Shown here: one piece after another, positions 24,801 through 38,600 of the stretch | Position numbering within the stretch: position 1 is the first letter of the stretch | Layout of the letters: each line of letters opens with the position of its first letter | Source of the DNA: Mytilus edulis | Lineage: Eukaryota | Assembly: GCF_963676685.1 (NCBI RefSeq) | Contig: NC_092345.1 | Span: forward strand, 46,500,001 to 46,564,000 | DNA: 64,000 bases | Direction of reading: 5' to 3' | Translations under genes and position numbers: made by a program | Notes under the pieces: model-generated | Database searches by the model: none | Told to the model about the DNA's origin: nothing | What the model saw: the letters and a program-made list of their open reading frames with translations, nothing else

Positions 24801-25750
24801 ATATTCGGATCCTCTAATGAAATTTGAAAAAAAATACCGTCAAGGAATCATTTTTATAAGGTATTTGATAATGTTTCTTACATTTTTGTCACGATTAATA
24901 CGAAATGAATTTCGGATGGCTCATCTTTGTCCGAAAACTCAACACCGGTTATGCTATTACTGTCGATAGGGTAATAACAAATAATTGACTGTGTGTCCCC
25001 GCTGATGATAAAAATAGTAATTTGGTACTGGATTAAATGAAATTTATATCTCGTTATGAAATTTAGAAATTATTTTTATATTCCGCTGATGTTTAGATCT
25101 AATTATTAGTTTGGGTATGGTTATATTATTGATCCTTTTTAAAATCGGGTTTGGATTTTAATAAACAAAGTAAAGACATGTTTGTATGTCGACATACGCA
25201 TGTGGAGCAGTAACATTCATACCACGAAAGGCATAGTTAACTAAAACTTTGAAGTCGTTTGCACCAAACAACTGCACTTCATTATATTCTTCATTTATTT
25301 AAAGGTTGTTTGTATTTATATCTTAATTTATTCTAATTTTCCTGGTTGAAAAAGTTTTTTTTATCAAATTTGATCTTGCTAAATTATTAGAATTTTCAAA
25401 TAAAAATATGACACATTGAAGCTATTTTATATATACCTATTCTCAATATAAATCATTAACAAAACCAAAATGTGAATAAATCGTTTCAATCATTGTGAAA
25501 TAACAACAGCAAAACGACAAGAAATGAAGTTATTCTACGAATGCAGTTGGGTGAATAAGAAAGATGAAAGGTCATGTTATTTATCTATAGTAACTGAATG
25601 TAGTTTTGTTTTAAAATTTCTAATTTCAGTTTACCACAGAATGCAAGCATGTTCAAAACTGGTATTTCTTTTGATCAAAATAACAGCATAACAGATATTG
25701 GGTATTGTAAATGTGAAGGACCAAACATAACTTGTGGAACCGTCATATGA
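9845..25750 (+). CDS. Gene copy A: secreted protein, signal peptide + 2 Ly6/uPAR-like Cys-rich domains + VWDE-like Ig-like region + VWD domain (~638 aa, intact)
   Basis: Exons, all AG..GT and phase-compatible: E1 ..9846 (AT), 12912-13041, 13445-13516, 14039-14204, 14446-14540, 15410-15484, 16367-16430, 17509-17759, 18852-18935, 19462-19582, 20411-20601, 21085-21158, 22061-22139, 22621-22812, 23517-23716, 25630-25750 (TGA). Total 1917 nt with no internal stop. Motifs: MMIYLVLITVTLISSAAC; CLYC..CCNGKAICN; CFHC..CCDSNFCN; FNCTF..VSW; SNGYWVGIK; VQVKRQPCG..CSCAIIVREGND..IDTC; GGICGN; F..AW..NASMF..YCKC. Every exon has a conserved counterpart in copy B. Confidence 0.88.
16716..17300 (-). mobile_element. 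Non-LTR retrozyme-like tandem repeat (about 1.6 copies of a 358-bp unit) with two minimal hammerhead ribozymes, inserted in intron 7 of copy A
   Basis: Repeated unit (actcatcagtgacgctc at 16771 and 17129). Minus strand: gcgtca-CTGATGA-gtct-tatgt-agac-GAAA/GCAA-c-gcgc-g..tggcg. Absent from the paralogous intron of B (ctttcat|cagaatcgtttaaa at ~41887). Confidence 0.8.
23083..23125 (-). ncRNA. Minimal type-I hammerhead ribozyme with intact catalytic core (in a ~140-bp repeat fragment, 23045-23186)
   Basis: Minus strand: gtca-CTGATGA-gtct-tttgt-agac-GAAA-c-acgc-GTC|tggc. Stem I gtca/tggc, stem II gtct/agac, 2-bp stem III. Confidence 0.8.
23935..24520 (-). mobile_element. Degenerate Penelope-like 3' end plus common interspersed repeat (paralogous copy at 49585-50150)
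   Basis: The minus strand near 24420-24495 reads GRYEDL..KYSVSTSQITLDGIEV, similar to the RT C-terminus GRHHELVGRYGITVSQMILD at 47552-47630. Confidence 0.4.
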
Positions 25751-28700
25751 AAAATAAAAAATAAATGAACAAAATATAGCCATACTTATTATGGTCAGGT
25801 TACAGAAAATGGGTCAAAGATTTTGTTTTTGAATACACATGCCTTATGTTAATCTTGAACAAAGAAAAATAATGCATTTGTCTCTTTTATTTTTTGAAAT
25901 GTTGTCGTACCCATTCTTTTGAAATAGATTTGTTTTTAAAGCTCATAAAATGGGTGAAACGCGTTATCAAAATACACAAAATATGTATGTCTGCATGTCT
26001 GCATGTCTGTATTGCCGTCTTCTTTCATATGACATGATAACATGTAATATCACAACTTGCAATAGATGCTTGTATCATAAAACTTTACATAAGATTGCTT
26101 TCGGAATGAATGATTGCAAAAAGGTATAACAAAAATACCAGAAAATTTACATGAATGACAAGGTGACAACTTAAATTGCTAAATAACAAAAAAAACACGC
26201 TGCTCAACAATCATTACAACATAGAAAATAAACGAACTAATGCTATGAATTGCCTCTATGATTGTTTTTGATATACTAGCATTCGAAATAGATAGAAACG
26301 TTTGCGCGTACAAGTTGTGTCTGTATATTTCATATTTGAAATCTATGTTTAGAAATAAATTTCTAACTGTATTAAAATTCCGCAAATACGTTATAAATGT
26401 TTAGAGAATGATTATGATTTCATTATAGATACCAGGATTGAAAATTTTTACAACTAAGGAAGATTCATTAGTTATGCTCGAGTACAAAATGGTATTAACA
26501 ATATATGTATTCTTTAAAATTCTGCGGAACTTCTGGATAGTTTTTATTTCAGTCTGTTTCTGAAATTAACTCTAACATAACTTTTGATTTTTTAACCTTG
26601 CACACCACCATTCCCTGTGAAATTATAATTGTTTTGAATATACATTAAACGACAAAATTTCTTCATATGTAACGTTTACATTTTCTGACGCCAAACACGC
26701 GAAACAATGAATGTGTTTTTTTTAATTTGATAGATGCTTTTTTGTAAATGTTTGTTTGTTTTGAGATTGTAACACAGTGATGACTGCTGTAATTATTTTG
26801 TGAATATTTGATGATGCGACTGTCATATAAGTGAGAGGCTTAGCGCTATACAACCAGGTTCAATCCACAATTTTCCACATTTGAAAATGCCTGTACCAAA
26901 TCAGGAATATGACAGTTGTTGTCCATTCGTTTGATGTGTTTTATCATTTGATTTTACCATTTGATTAGGTACTTTCCGTTTTGACTTTTCCTCGGAGTTA
27001 AGTGGTTTTGTGATTTCACTTTTTAAAAGGTGTTTTAAATAAACGTTAGCTTTTCAATTGTTTAAATTCATCGTCTAACAAATTGACAAACGAGAAACAT
27101 AGGTAATAAGGTTATATACGGGGATCAAAAGTCGAGACAAGGTATGCTTTTTCCCACGGTGTCGATGGCATCGGCGGTTTAAGCGTAGTCAACCATGTAG
27201 TATGTTGTTTTGAGGTCAGTTAATGGGAACCACTAATTGTAAATCAATGATATTTATCATGCAGTTGTATTAGCATAATCTTGTCTCATTTTCATGGTGA
27301 TTATTTGGCCCCGCATCTTAGGTTTTCGAAAATACCGCTCTGCTCTTGTCATGTGAAATTTTAGTACAGAAATGTTGTCTTTTCGTGAATATTACAATTA
27401 CAATTTCGTGACTGAAGGCAATGAGACATTAAGATTTGCCTTGTACTCCGTCTGTTCTTGTATCTGTCTTCATTTCCGTCACTTCTTACGTCCGTTCGTC
27501 CAATTTTAGTTTCAGCACTCGAATTCAAGTTTTCCTGGTCTTTATTTTATGAAACTGATACACAATGATTGGAACCATAAGTCCGAATTTGGTCAGTGAG
27601 CTATATACCGTTTTATAGTTATCGTCTTTTTTAACTTAGCAAGTTTCGACATTGTAACTTCACATCCATATTTTGTGAAACTCATATTCTATGATTTGAA
27701 CCACGACAAGCAGACAGAGTTCGAATTTGGGCAGTGAGTCATTTACCGTTCATAGATCGTTCTGGACTTGTGCTTTATTTTGTTTAGAATATTAGGTTTA
27801 AATGGTGGTTTTCGTGTACTTAGACACATTATTCTTTTATATATATATACAATTTAAAGAAAGGATTGTCTCAATTTCTGCACATATATTACAATCTTCT
27901 TTAAAATCTATTCACATTCAGTGTTAAAATCGGGATAAGTTCCATTGAAATTGCTCACTTCATAATCGTTAATCTTTGCTGCATATCAATCGGTTCCTTT
28001 GGGAATTTTTTACATGAACTTTTCTGATGTAGATGCATTTATAAACGGATACGAATTCTAGAGATGTATACAACCAGCATAAACGTAAATTGAAGTAGCT
28101 ACTATAGGATTTTATTTGAATATCAACGTTTTTACACAAAGGTCATTCAACCATCAGTACTCGACGTTTGGTATTTCTGGAGGTAAATGAAAATATTACA
28201 TGGAAAATATGTTTTATTTCAATGAAATTTTTACTATGTATTGAAAAGAAAACAGGTTCTTAATAGGTAGAATATAATTTTGTCCGACAGAATTCACCTT
28301 ACCTTCTACATGTATCAATTTTAAGTACTCTACTGATCTCATAGTCGACACGTTCATTATGGAAGTTGTAAAAAAAATATCTAAAGAAAATTTATTAGCA
28401 ATTTTAATTTTTTCATTATCAAACATATTTTTTAAATGAATGACCACCTTAAGTAGAAGTTACATCCGTGGTTCAAGTTGTACTGCCAAGAATATTTTGT
28501 GCATGTGAGAAGGTTCCGATCGGCTTTTGTGACCGTTTAAAATATCTAATAATGTACTTAAATGTAGTTTTTTTTTCTTTCTCTTTCTTGAAAAAAAAAT
28601 GAAAAGAAAAAATCGTCTAGGTTCAATACATTCAATAACAAGCAACTTAAAACAACTCCCTCTGTGTTGTTTCGATGCGCGTTCTACAATACTGTTCATT

Positions 28701-30256
28701 TGAAAACATGTAGAACGAAAAACAAATAAATAAGCGTGCTCCCTGAGATCTGTTTCTGGTTTAAGGCACTTTGTTTGTGTTCGTGTTGTTTAGTTTTTTG
28801 TATCCTATGTCCATTATCATCAACATCAAATTATTGACTATCAACAAAGGTAGAATTTTCACTCTTGTCAACTGTCCTTGCAATAATAAGAAGTGTCAAA
28901 CTCTAAAGAGTAACACCCAACATTTTCAGAGACGCCTTAGCCAAGATTGCCAAGGCTGAACCTAATTTATTGCCTTAAATTTTGTGCTTAACAATTGTAT
29001 ATTATGTGCGTATCTGAAAATTCTTTCTCCTGGTAATAATCGTTTTTAAATTTGTAATTTACCTCTTCGCAACATGTACATCAGGATTTGCTTACCTTTC
29101 TGGAGACAAGAGATCACCCCCTTTTAATGGTTCGTGTTGCACAGTCTGTATAATATGTTTTGTGTACAATTGTTTGTTTGGTGGTCTTTTTCTTTTTAAG
29201 GCATGGCGTTGTCAGTTGTTTCGACTTATGAGTTTAAATGTCTCCCTGGTATCTTACGTCTTTCATTTCCTCCCATTAAGGATGACTTCACGTTCCATAT
29301 ACATATATATTTTTTAACAAACCAAAGCACGTTATAACCAGTGGAACAAGCTATTTGTTGTTGATACTGTAGAGGTCATGGCGATTCAAATGTACTTATG
29401 AAAATATTTTAAGTTGTAGCATAAAAAAACAGTAATAGGCAAAACAAATGGATTACCGCTTTCTTGCTTTCTTTATAACCTTTACACCGAGAATCAAAAT
29501 TTTGATATAAATAAAAATCTATAAAAAGATTTGTATGATATAATAGTTATGTACCGACCGTGCAAGAACTGTATAGTCAGTCAAGGTCGTTAAAAACTTC
29601 CATTTGTTGTTGGTAGTCATGTGGAAATCACGAACCATGCGAAAACGTTATACAAAATGTCTAGTTATATGTTAATAACTATAAGATAATTTACAGTTAC
29701 AGGAAAGACATTTTCTGTAGAAAAAGTAATCTTGAACACGAATTAGAATCATTGTATTATGTTCGACAACTAAACAATGTAGATGTGAGTCCTGTCAAAG
29801 ATCTTTTCATTATATGTATTTATACTATTTTAATATTGTTAGATGAGAGGAAACAGCAGTTGACCGATACTCAAATCTCAAAAACCAATTAAGAAGATAC
29901 ATAATATAGATACACCAAATAAAGAGCGAAATAGGTTTCGTCGACCTATTATCACTCAATTTCTTCCCGCGTCAGATTGAAGTTCTTACTTATTTGTATT
30001 ACGTCAAAACTTGTTCGAAGAAATCAATATAATCCCTCTAACCCACAACCATCTTATGCCACAACTGATTAAGTTATCAAAAACATGGAAAGCTGAACCT
30101 ATTTACTAAAGAAGCACTAAGTCAGGCCAGGCCATTCATATTTTTAAACAAAACAAAAAACGATTCTACACATGCTTTAACATTGTAAATAACTTATTGA
30201 CACTTTCTTTAATATAATAAAACAAATATATGAAATTAGAAACAGAGGTAATTGTT

Positions 30257-31364
30257 GCTCACCTGGCCCATAGGGCCAAGTGACCTTTTCTCATCACTTT
30301 TATTTGTTTACAAAAATCTTCTGGTCTGAATCCACTGGGCCAAATTTTACCAAACTGAGCCAAATTTATCATTGTGGTATCTTGTTTTAAAAAATGTGTT
30401 CAGTGACCCTGCCAACCAACCAAGATGGCCTCCATGGCTAAAAATAAAACATAGGGGTAAAATGTAGATGTTGGCTTATATCTTTAAAACCAAGAGCAAA
30501 TCTGACGGGTGAAAATTGTTTATCAGATCAAGATCTATCTACCCTGAAATTTTCAGATGAATCGGACAACCCGTTGTTAGGTTGCTGCCCCTGAATTGGT
30601 TATTTTAAGGAAATTCTGCCGTTTTTGGTTATTACCTTGAATATTATTATAGATAGTGATAAACTGTAAACAGTAATAATGTTCAGCAAAGTAAGATCTA
30701 CAAATAAGTCAACATGACCAAACTTGGCCACAATCATCATTAGGGTATTTAGTTTTAAAATTGTGTCCGATGATCCTGCCCGCAAAGCAAGATGTCCGAC
30801 ATGGCTAAAAATAGTTCCTAGGGTAAAATGCAGTTTTTTACTCATATCTCTGAAACCAAAGCATTTAGAGCAAACATGTCAAGAATAAAATTGTTCAAGA
30901 TCTATCTGACATGAAATTTTCAGACCATTTAGGCAACCTGCTGTTGGGTTGCTGCCCCTGAATTGGTAATTTTAAGAAAATTTTGCAGCTTTTGGTTATT
31001 ATCTTGAATATTATTATAGATGGAGATAACCTGTAAACAGCATTACTGTACAGCAAAGTAAGACCTAAAAAAAGGTCAACATGACCAAAATGACCCCTTA
31101 AGGAGCTGTTGCACTTTATAGTAATTTTTTAACAATTTTCATAAGTTTTGTAAATTTTTACAAATATTTTCCACTGTAACTACTGGGCAAAGTTCATTAT
31201 AGATAGAGATACTTGTAATTGTAAGCAGCAAGAATGTTCCGTAAAGTAAGATCTACAAACACATCACCATCACAAAAACACAATTTTGTCATGAACCCAT
31301 CTGTGTCCTTTGTTTAATATGCACATAGACCAAGGTGAGCAACACAGGCTCTTTAGAGCCTCTA
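30257..31364 (+). mobile_element. Helentron-associated non-autonomous element (HINE) with two ~365-bp internal repeats
   Basis: Sub-terminal inverted repeat gctcacct (30257) / aggtgagc (31333), 5' hairpin ggccc-ata-gggcc, 3' hairpin aggctct-tt-agagcct (31346-31361), and duplicated internal blocks (~30345-30720 and ~30716-31090). Confidence 0.7.
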
Positions 31365-32608
31365 AATCATATGTTTTTCAGATAAGAAGTGTCTTTTTTG
31401 TCATTGTTTTCCTGGAACTAGTTTGATTTCAGGCAACAAAAGACAGGATGCAGTATATTTGTAGTATTAAATGTCATCTTGGTATAAAATTGAAATTACA
31501 TAATTTAACATAGAAAGCAATGAGCTATGCATAAATAGTTAATTCCTTAAGTTTTGGGATCATTTATACGTACTACGATATCATTGAGATATTTGAGTAT
31601 TTGGTTATTTGTAAAATTTTTGAAATGAACTTTGTTTTCATAGGATAAATGTACACTTACAGAAGAACATAGTTAATGTCTTGATGTATTAAGCGCCATA
31701 CAAACATCAATGAAGAACAGAAAAATATAATCAACAAGCATCACAAAATATAAGGGTTATAGGGTGTAGTAGCGTGTATGTAATAATCGTGAATAAGATA
31801 TTGTTTTACGTTGAACGCTTTTATGGCAATATTGAATATACTGCTAAAATGACATAATTACATGACATGACAGGAATACAGTACAAAAAATGCAAGTACA
31901 TTCAGGACAGAGAAACACATAAATCACCCAATTATTGCATAGCATCAAATATGCATTAATCGGCTCCCATTATTATACATTTTCTTTCTTAAATTGAAAT
32001 TGAAAGTGCTATCATAAAAAAGTAAGGTTCAGAAAATGAATGAATCTTTCGTATGTTTTATATTGTCGATGAGTTAAAAGTACATATTCGTCGATTTTAC
32101 CGCTGAATGATTGATCTTTTACTATTTAGAGACAGAAGCTAGTTTACCAGTGTAGCGGTTGAAAACTTTTATGAATAATCTATGGCCCGACTCTGAGGTT
32201 CTAAGTAACAAGCAGAATATACCAAAGCCCGTCAGACGTAATAGCAACCTAGGGCACATAGTGATGGACTTTTCCTGCGAACTGTAAAAATAGTAAGGCG
32301 TTGTTGTCGACCTATATGATTTGTCTGTGAATCTGTTGATAAAAAATGGTTATTCTGCCTCACATCTTTAAAATGGACGAATGTAGTTGTCTGATAGGTA
32401 AATAACGTCATCATGATGAGGACCTCCTGCTAGGCTGATCCGGTCTTTTAACATTGCCGTGAAATTTTCAACTAGATTCACATGAATATAGGTTACTACT
32501 GTTTTTTTGTCAGTTATCTAACAAGGTTATTAGGTAATAGATAAAACATTGCACTAATGAAATGATCGTGATTTACGGATCAATGTGAGACGAAGATTAT
32601 AACCAAGC

Positions 32609-35600
32609 ATGTAAGTCATTCGCTAAAATAAGTACTGTGGATTCATTATTATTCGTTGGGTACCATTTTTTTGTGGGAACAGGTTAACCATGAATTCAAA
32701 TCTTCAACGAATAACAAATTTCCTATTGGTTTTTATGCAGAGACTGGACAAAGCACAAAACCAAAATATCAGTGCAAATGTAAGTTTTCATCAATCCACG
32801 AAATGTGATACCCACGAAAATAAATGAATACACAGTTCTAAACTTTAGTATTTTTGATGAGTTTTATTATTTCTAATTAAGGTAAACATTAAACAAATTG
32901 GAATGTATATTACATACGACATTTTAATGCTGAAAGGCAATTTTCAACGCGGCGTTTTCAAGTCTATATAATGTTACATTCCACATCACAGTTTTTTTCC
33001 AGTCAGTTTTATTTTTCACTCTATTAAATATATATATATAAAAAGTCCTTTAACAAGACCACGTTACAATTATCATCGAATGCAATTTCCGACTAATAAA
33101 CAGGTTTTAACTTTTAATGGACAAAACAAGAGGTTCCTAAAATGAAGCATTTCATCCTTCAGAGCTGGTCTTAGTTCATTTTCTGTATTTGTTAGAATCT
33201 GCTACTGTACATTTTAGTTGGTGGCTGGGGAAAGCGTTGCGTTTTCTTGTGATAATTTTTATAATTCGGTCTAATCTTCATTAATTAGACAGAAGAAAGA
33301 TTGTGCTTTTCATATCCGTATATAATGCACATTATCTTAAAAATAGCTTAACCTTATGTTCATACTAATAGAACAAGTAAGTTTTGAAGATAACAAACAG
33401 TATCATTCACTTCAGGAAAATATTCCGATTTCTTATTACTGTATCATTGATTTCGTCAGCGGAAGGTGGAAATCTGTGTCTATATTGTGACCATGCACTA
33501 ATTCCGCAGGATTGTGCACGTGTTGTTAGGTGTAAAGCTGACGAAGTAAGTACTATATACTAGTATACGTCTCAAAGAACCTATTTGATAATTGTCGGTG
33601 TTATATTTTGTTGACAGAAGTATTTCAAATCAATATCTCGCAAAATATAGTTGAGGTAATTTGAGTACCTTTTTACATTTGTAACACAAAAATATGAGAG
33701 TGTAAGTGGGGTAAATAAATGAGTCAAGAACATTGAAAAGTTTTTTTTACGATTAAAGTTAAAAGGTTTGATAAAACATATTCATATTCAAGATGTTATT
33801 ATTTTGAAAACTACCATTTATGACGGGCTTTTAAAACTTGTACATGTGATTGAAACACATGACAAGTCAAGATACTCAATGAGGCTAACGTCACTTAGTT
33901 CACATTTAAGTAAAGACTAAGATAAAACCAACAGATGATAGAAAACCATGACACTTTCATGAATTCCAACTGACAATAAACAATATATTTTACAGGATTG
34001 CTTTGTAGACAAGTTTGTTACACCTGATGGATATAAATACTACTCTTTGGGGTGTCTGCATAAAAATGTAAGTTTTCATTCATTTTCTTGACTATTTATC
34101 AACTTCCTTGAAAAAGTATTAAAAATCTTCATGTTTGCTTTGCTAATATGTGGTATGTTATAGAACTAAGGTAACTCCGGAACTTATAGCAGTAAAATTT
34201 ATACTGAAGAGGAGCGTCTGATTGGCCGTTCGGAATGGGGACGTTAATTGTGTACTCTATGTAACTAAAGCTAACTGATTGTAAGTCACCAGATTGGTAA
34301 AAAAGCAAAACGAAAAAGAGTATTCTGTTAACCAGGACCAAATATAAAAAAAAGAAGATGTGGCATGATTGAAAACGAGACAACTCTCCACAAGAGACCA
34401 AAATGACACTCAACTTTACAGCTATAGGTCACCGTATGGCCTTCTACAATGAGCAAAGCCCATACCGCATGCATAGTCAGCTATAAAAGGCCCTGAAATG
34501 ACAACAATTCAAACAAGAAAACTAACGGCCTTATTGGTGTACAAAAAAGAACGGAAGACAAAAAAGATAACTCATAAACAAACAATAATCACTGAATTAC
34601 AGGCTCCTGACCTGGGACAGGCACAAAGTATGGATTCACAAGCAGGCGACTTCTGATGTTTCTTTTAATGAATATGTCATGTAAAATAACACAGATACCC
34701 GCATACGATGGTTAGATTTTATGGCCTGATTCATTTGCACAGTTGCAAGATCCTGTCAGATATTTACATTATCGCGATATCTAATCCTGTTCCTAGTAAT
34801 CTGTGATCGTTTCTAAATACTGTAAAACAAATATGGTAGTAATATAGCCAAATCTTTATTCTCTGTGTAGCAATGTCCTGGAACTACGGCTATTGGAAAA
34901 AGGAGTAACGAAAGCATTGTTTTGAGAGACAACATTCCTGTAAATGCAAACGACACATTATTTTGCCGTGCCTGTTGCCACGAGAAACCCATCTGCAATA
35001 GTGACAACTTGTGTGGCTCACCAGGTGACTAACAACTAAAATAGATATAAGTATTAGATAAATGTGCATGAGATGTTGCCTGCTTGTGAATGCATACTTT
35101 GTGCCTGTCCCAAGTCAGGAGCCTGTAATTTAGTGGTTGTCATTTGTTTATGTGTTACATATTTGTTTTTCGTTCAGTTTTTGTACACAAATAAGGCCGT
35201 TATTCTGTGCTCGTTTATAACTACAGTCAACATTATATTAATAAATTAACCAAGTCGTCATTTATTCTCTACGTAGAAATGTTCTTGAGCTTCGGCTATT
35301 AGTAGACGGAGTAACGCAAGCCTTGTGTTGAGAAACAATATCCCCAACGACAATAGCGACTCATCAGTTTGCCATGCCTGCTGCAATGGGAAAGCTATCT
35401 GCAATGTTGACAATGTGTGTGTTTCACCGGGTGATTTACACGAATGTAGACGTACTTGATAAAGAACAAAAAATTATAAAAACCTAATTATTCCTCCAAC
35501 TGTTTAGGGTTTCTCACCTGTATAAAATTCAAATTGTTTAAACTTACTTATAAATTAAGGGACGGTGCATTATTTATCAAGCAGGGGGACCGGTGCAAAT

Positions 35601-38600
35601 GGTAAGGGGACATGTACTTTTTTCAACGTGCAAAGTAGTGGGACCTGATGATTTTTCATTATCTTAATGCATGGGACATACACTTTTTTCAAATGCTTAA
35701 GTAGTAAACATTTTATTTTAATTAGCCCAAAAATACACACAAGAAACATTCAAACAGAAACAGAATATGATAAACAATTTTAGTTTTGACTGGTGTAAAT
35801 CAGCTCATCTAACTAAATTAAATATTGATCTTACAAAATTCAAGCTTATTAGATAGTTTGATTTATTGCTGTGAAATGAAAGAATTTAATTTTACAATAG
35901 GTAAAAATAAAAATAATTATATAAATTCAGATAGGCATCTTTAATTTTTTTTTATAACTTTTTCAAATCAACTTGGTTTTTCATCAAACTATACAGCTAT
36001 CTTAGATATATATTAAGCTTACTGAATCCCAGGTCATTTTGTTTTTTTGTTGTATTGCTGTCAAATTCAAGAATTAAATCAATCTAGGTAAAAAAAAAAG
36101 CTAGAATTTGCATTTCGAACAAAATAGAGATAGTACACTTTAATTATTTTAATAACTTTTTCAAATCAACTTGGATTATCACCAAACTAAACAGCTATCT
36201 TAGATATATATTAAGCTTACTGAATCCCAGGTCATTTTGTTTTTTGTTGTATTGCTGTCAAATTCAAGAATTAAATTAATCTAGGTAAAAAAGCTAGAAT
36301 TTGCATTTCGAACAAATAGAGATAGTGCACTTTAATTATTTTAATAACTTTTTCAAATCAACTTGGATTTTCATCAAACTATGCAGCTATCTTTGATATA
36401 TATTAAGCTTACTGAATCCCAGGTCATTTTGTTTTTTGTTGTATTGCTGTCAAATTCAAGAATTAAATCAATCTAGGTAAAAAAAGCTAGAATTTGCAGT
36501 TCGAACAAAATAGAGATAGTACACTTTAATTATTTTAATAACTTTTTCAAATCAACTTGGATTATCACCAAACTAAGTAGTTATCTTAGATATATATTAA
36601 GCTTAATGAATCCCAGGTAATTTATTTTTGTTGTATTGCTGTCAAATTCAAGAATTAAATTAATCTAGGTAAAAAAGCTAGAATTTGCATTTCGAACAAA
36701 ATAGAGATAGTACACTTTAATTATTTTAATAACTTTTTCAAATCAACTTGGATTTTCATCAAACTATGCAGCTATCTTTGATATATATTAAGCTTATTGA
36801 ATCCCAGGTCATTTTTGTTTTTTGTTGTATTGCTGTCAAATTTAACAATTAAATTGTAAAGTGTACTATCTCTAACTTTTTCGAACTGCAAATTCTAGCT
36901 TTTTTTACCTAGATTTATCTAATTCTTAAATTTGACAGCAATTCAACAAAAAAACAAAATGACCTATGATTCAGTAAGCTTAATACATCTCTAAGATAGC
37001 TGCATAGTTTGATGCAAATCCAAGTTGATTTGAAAAAGTTATAAAAAAAATTAAAGATGCCTATCTGAATTTATATAATAATTTTTATTTTTACCTATTG
37101 TAAAATTAAATTCTTTCATTTCACAGCAATAAATCAAACTACCTAATAAGCTTGAATTTTGTAAGATCAATATTTAATTTAGTTAGATGGGCTTATTTAC
37201 ACCAATCAAAACTAAATTTGAAGGTCAAGACTAGTCGAGAATGTTAAAATGATTGTCAAAAACATTTATATCACAATAAATATTGTTGCTTTACGTTATT
37301 TAAGGTACAGATTGTGTTTTTATTCACTCAATATATTCATGATATTCATGGGACACATACTTTTTTTAATGAATAGAGGTCATGGGACATAACTGTTTTT
37401 CCTATCACATCAGCATGACACAATACTTTTTTCCAAACAGGTTTTGGGATTTGCACCGGTCCCCCCTGCTTGATAAATATTGCACCGTCCCTAACGAAAT
37501 CTATTCAGAATATTTCACCGATTTTAAAGTACAAATGTATATTATAAATGCAAACTACCTAATCATATTTAGGAGGCTGTCGTATAATAGTTACAAGTAT
37601 TCGAGTATTAGCAATAATAGGATTCAAAAATATTACACGACCTTGACATCATTTTTTATGTCATAGCCAAGAGTAAGATTTAAAGAAATCTTTTGCGTTT
37701 ACAAATCATAATTTATGAATTTTACCAGCAAGTTCTATTGCTAAGGTGTAACAGTCTCTATATGGAGGCATTTCGATAAAGAAAACGAAAAATTCAGAAA
37801 AAGGTTTGTCGGTTATATCTTGTACGTAAACCTGTAGGGGGAAGCGTTACACCCCAAACAGGAGTGTATCAGTATTAGTATCGGATGACTTCCACATGTT
37901 CCAAGGGATTAAAAGGGGGGAAATATCTGAATAAGAACTATAGATCTACTGGTAAAGAGGAAAGACAAAATAGTAAAAACCATATTACTATTTTAAATAA
38001 ATGACAGAGAGACTTATATTTTAGCATTTTACAGGGTCAGGCGTTTCTCTAACTTCTTTTGACATCTTAAATCTCGATCCATTTGAGGTGTACTGATTGA
38101 TAATTTGGTCTGGGAGAACATGATTTATTTGTTTTAGTTAAATTTTGGACATGATTTTAAAAGTTATGAGTACTTATATATCAGTGTTGTATAATTGTTA
38201 ATATATATGTTAGTTGCTCATCACAAATGCATCATTATACATTTGTCTGATAAAATCATTTATTCATTCATTTATTCATGTATAAATAATAATTCTAAGT
38301 CTAAAATATTAACCTAGTGTTTTATCAAAGGACAACGATGATTGTCCTTATCATGCTTACGTACGGTGACCTAAGTTGTTTATTTCTGTGTCATTTGGTC
38401 TCTTGCGGAGAGTTGTCTCATTAGTAATTAAACCACATCTTCCTATTTTTATAGTATGTGTACTAATTTTGTAAATATTGTAGTTTAGCTGGTTTGTCTC
38501 GAAAAAGAAATATAAAATAAACAGGATTGTTAATCTTTAAATGATTTTATTATCCTTGTTGTTGTTATATCTGTAAAATAAATAAACTCAGTAAGACAGT

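Noticed and set aside
24553-24969. 138-aa ORF as a nested gene
   Set aside because: Intronic and repeat-derived; the paralogous copy (50204-50473) is truncated by a stop; no domain recognised.
35286-35288. In-frame TGA in a Cys-rich exon as selenocysteine
   Set aside because: It aligns with Gly (GGG/GGA) in both paralogous exons, not Cys; a single G>T change explains it; no SECIS was recognised.
35954-36850. CRISPR-like array
   Set aside because: ~193-bp units repeat in full with no unique spacers, in a eukaryotic intron inside a TIR element.
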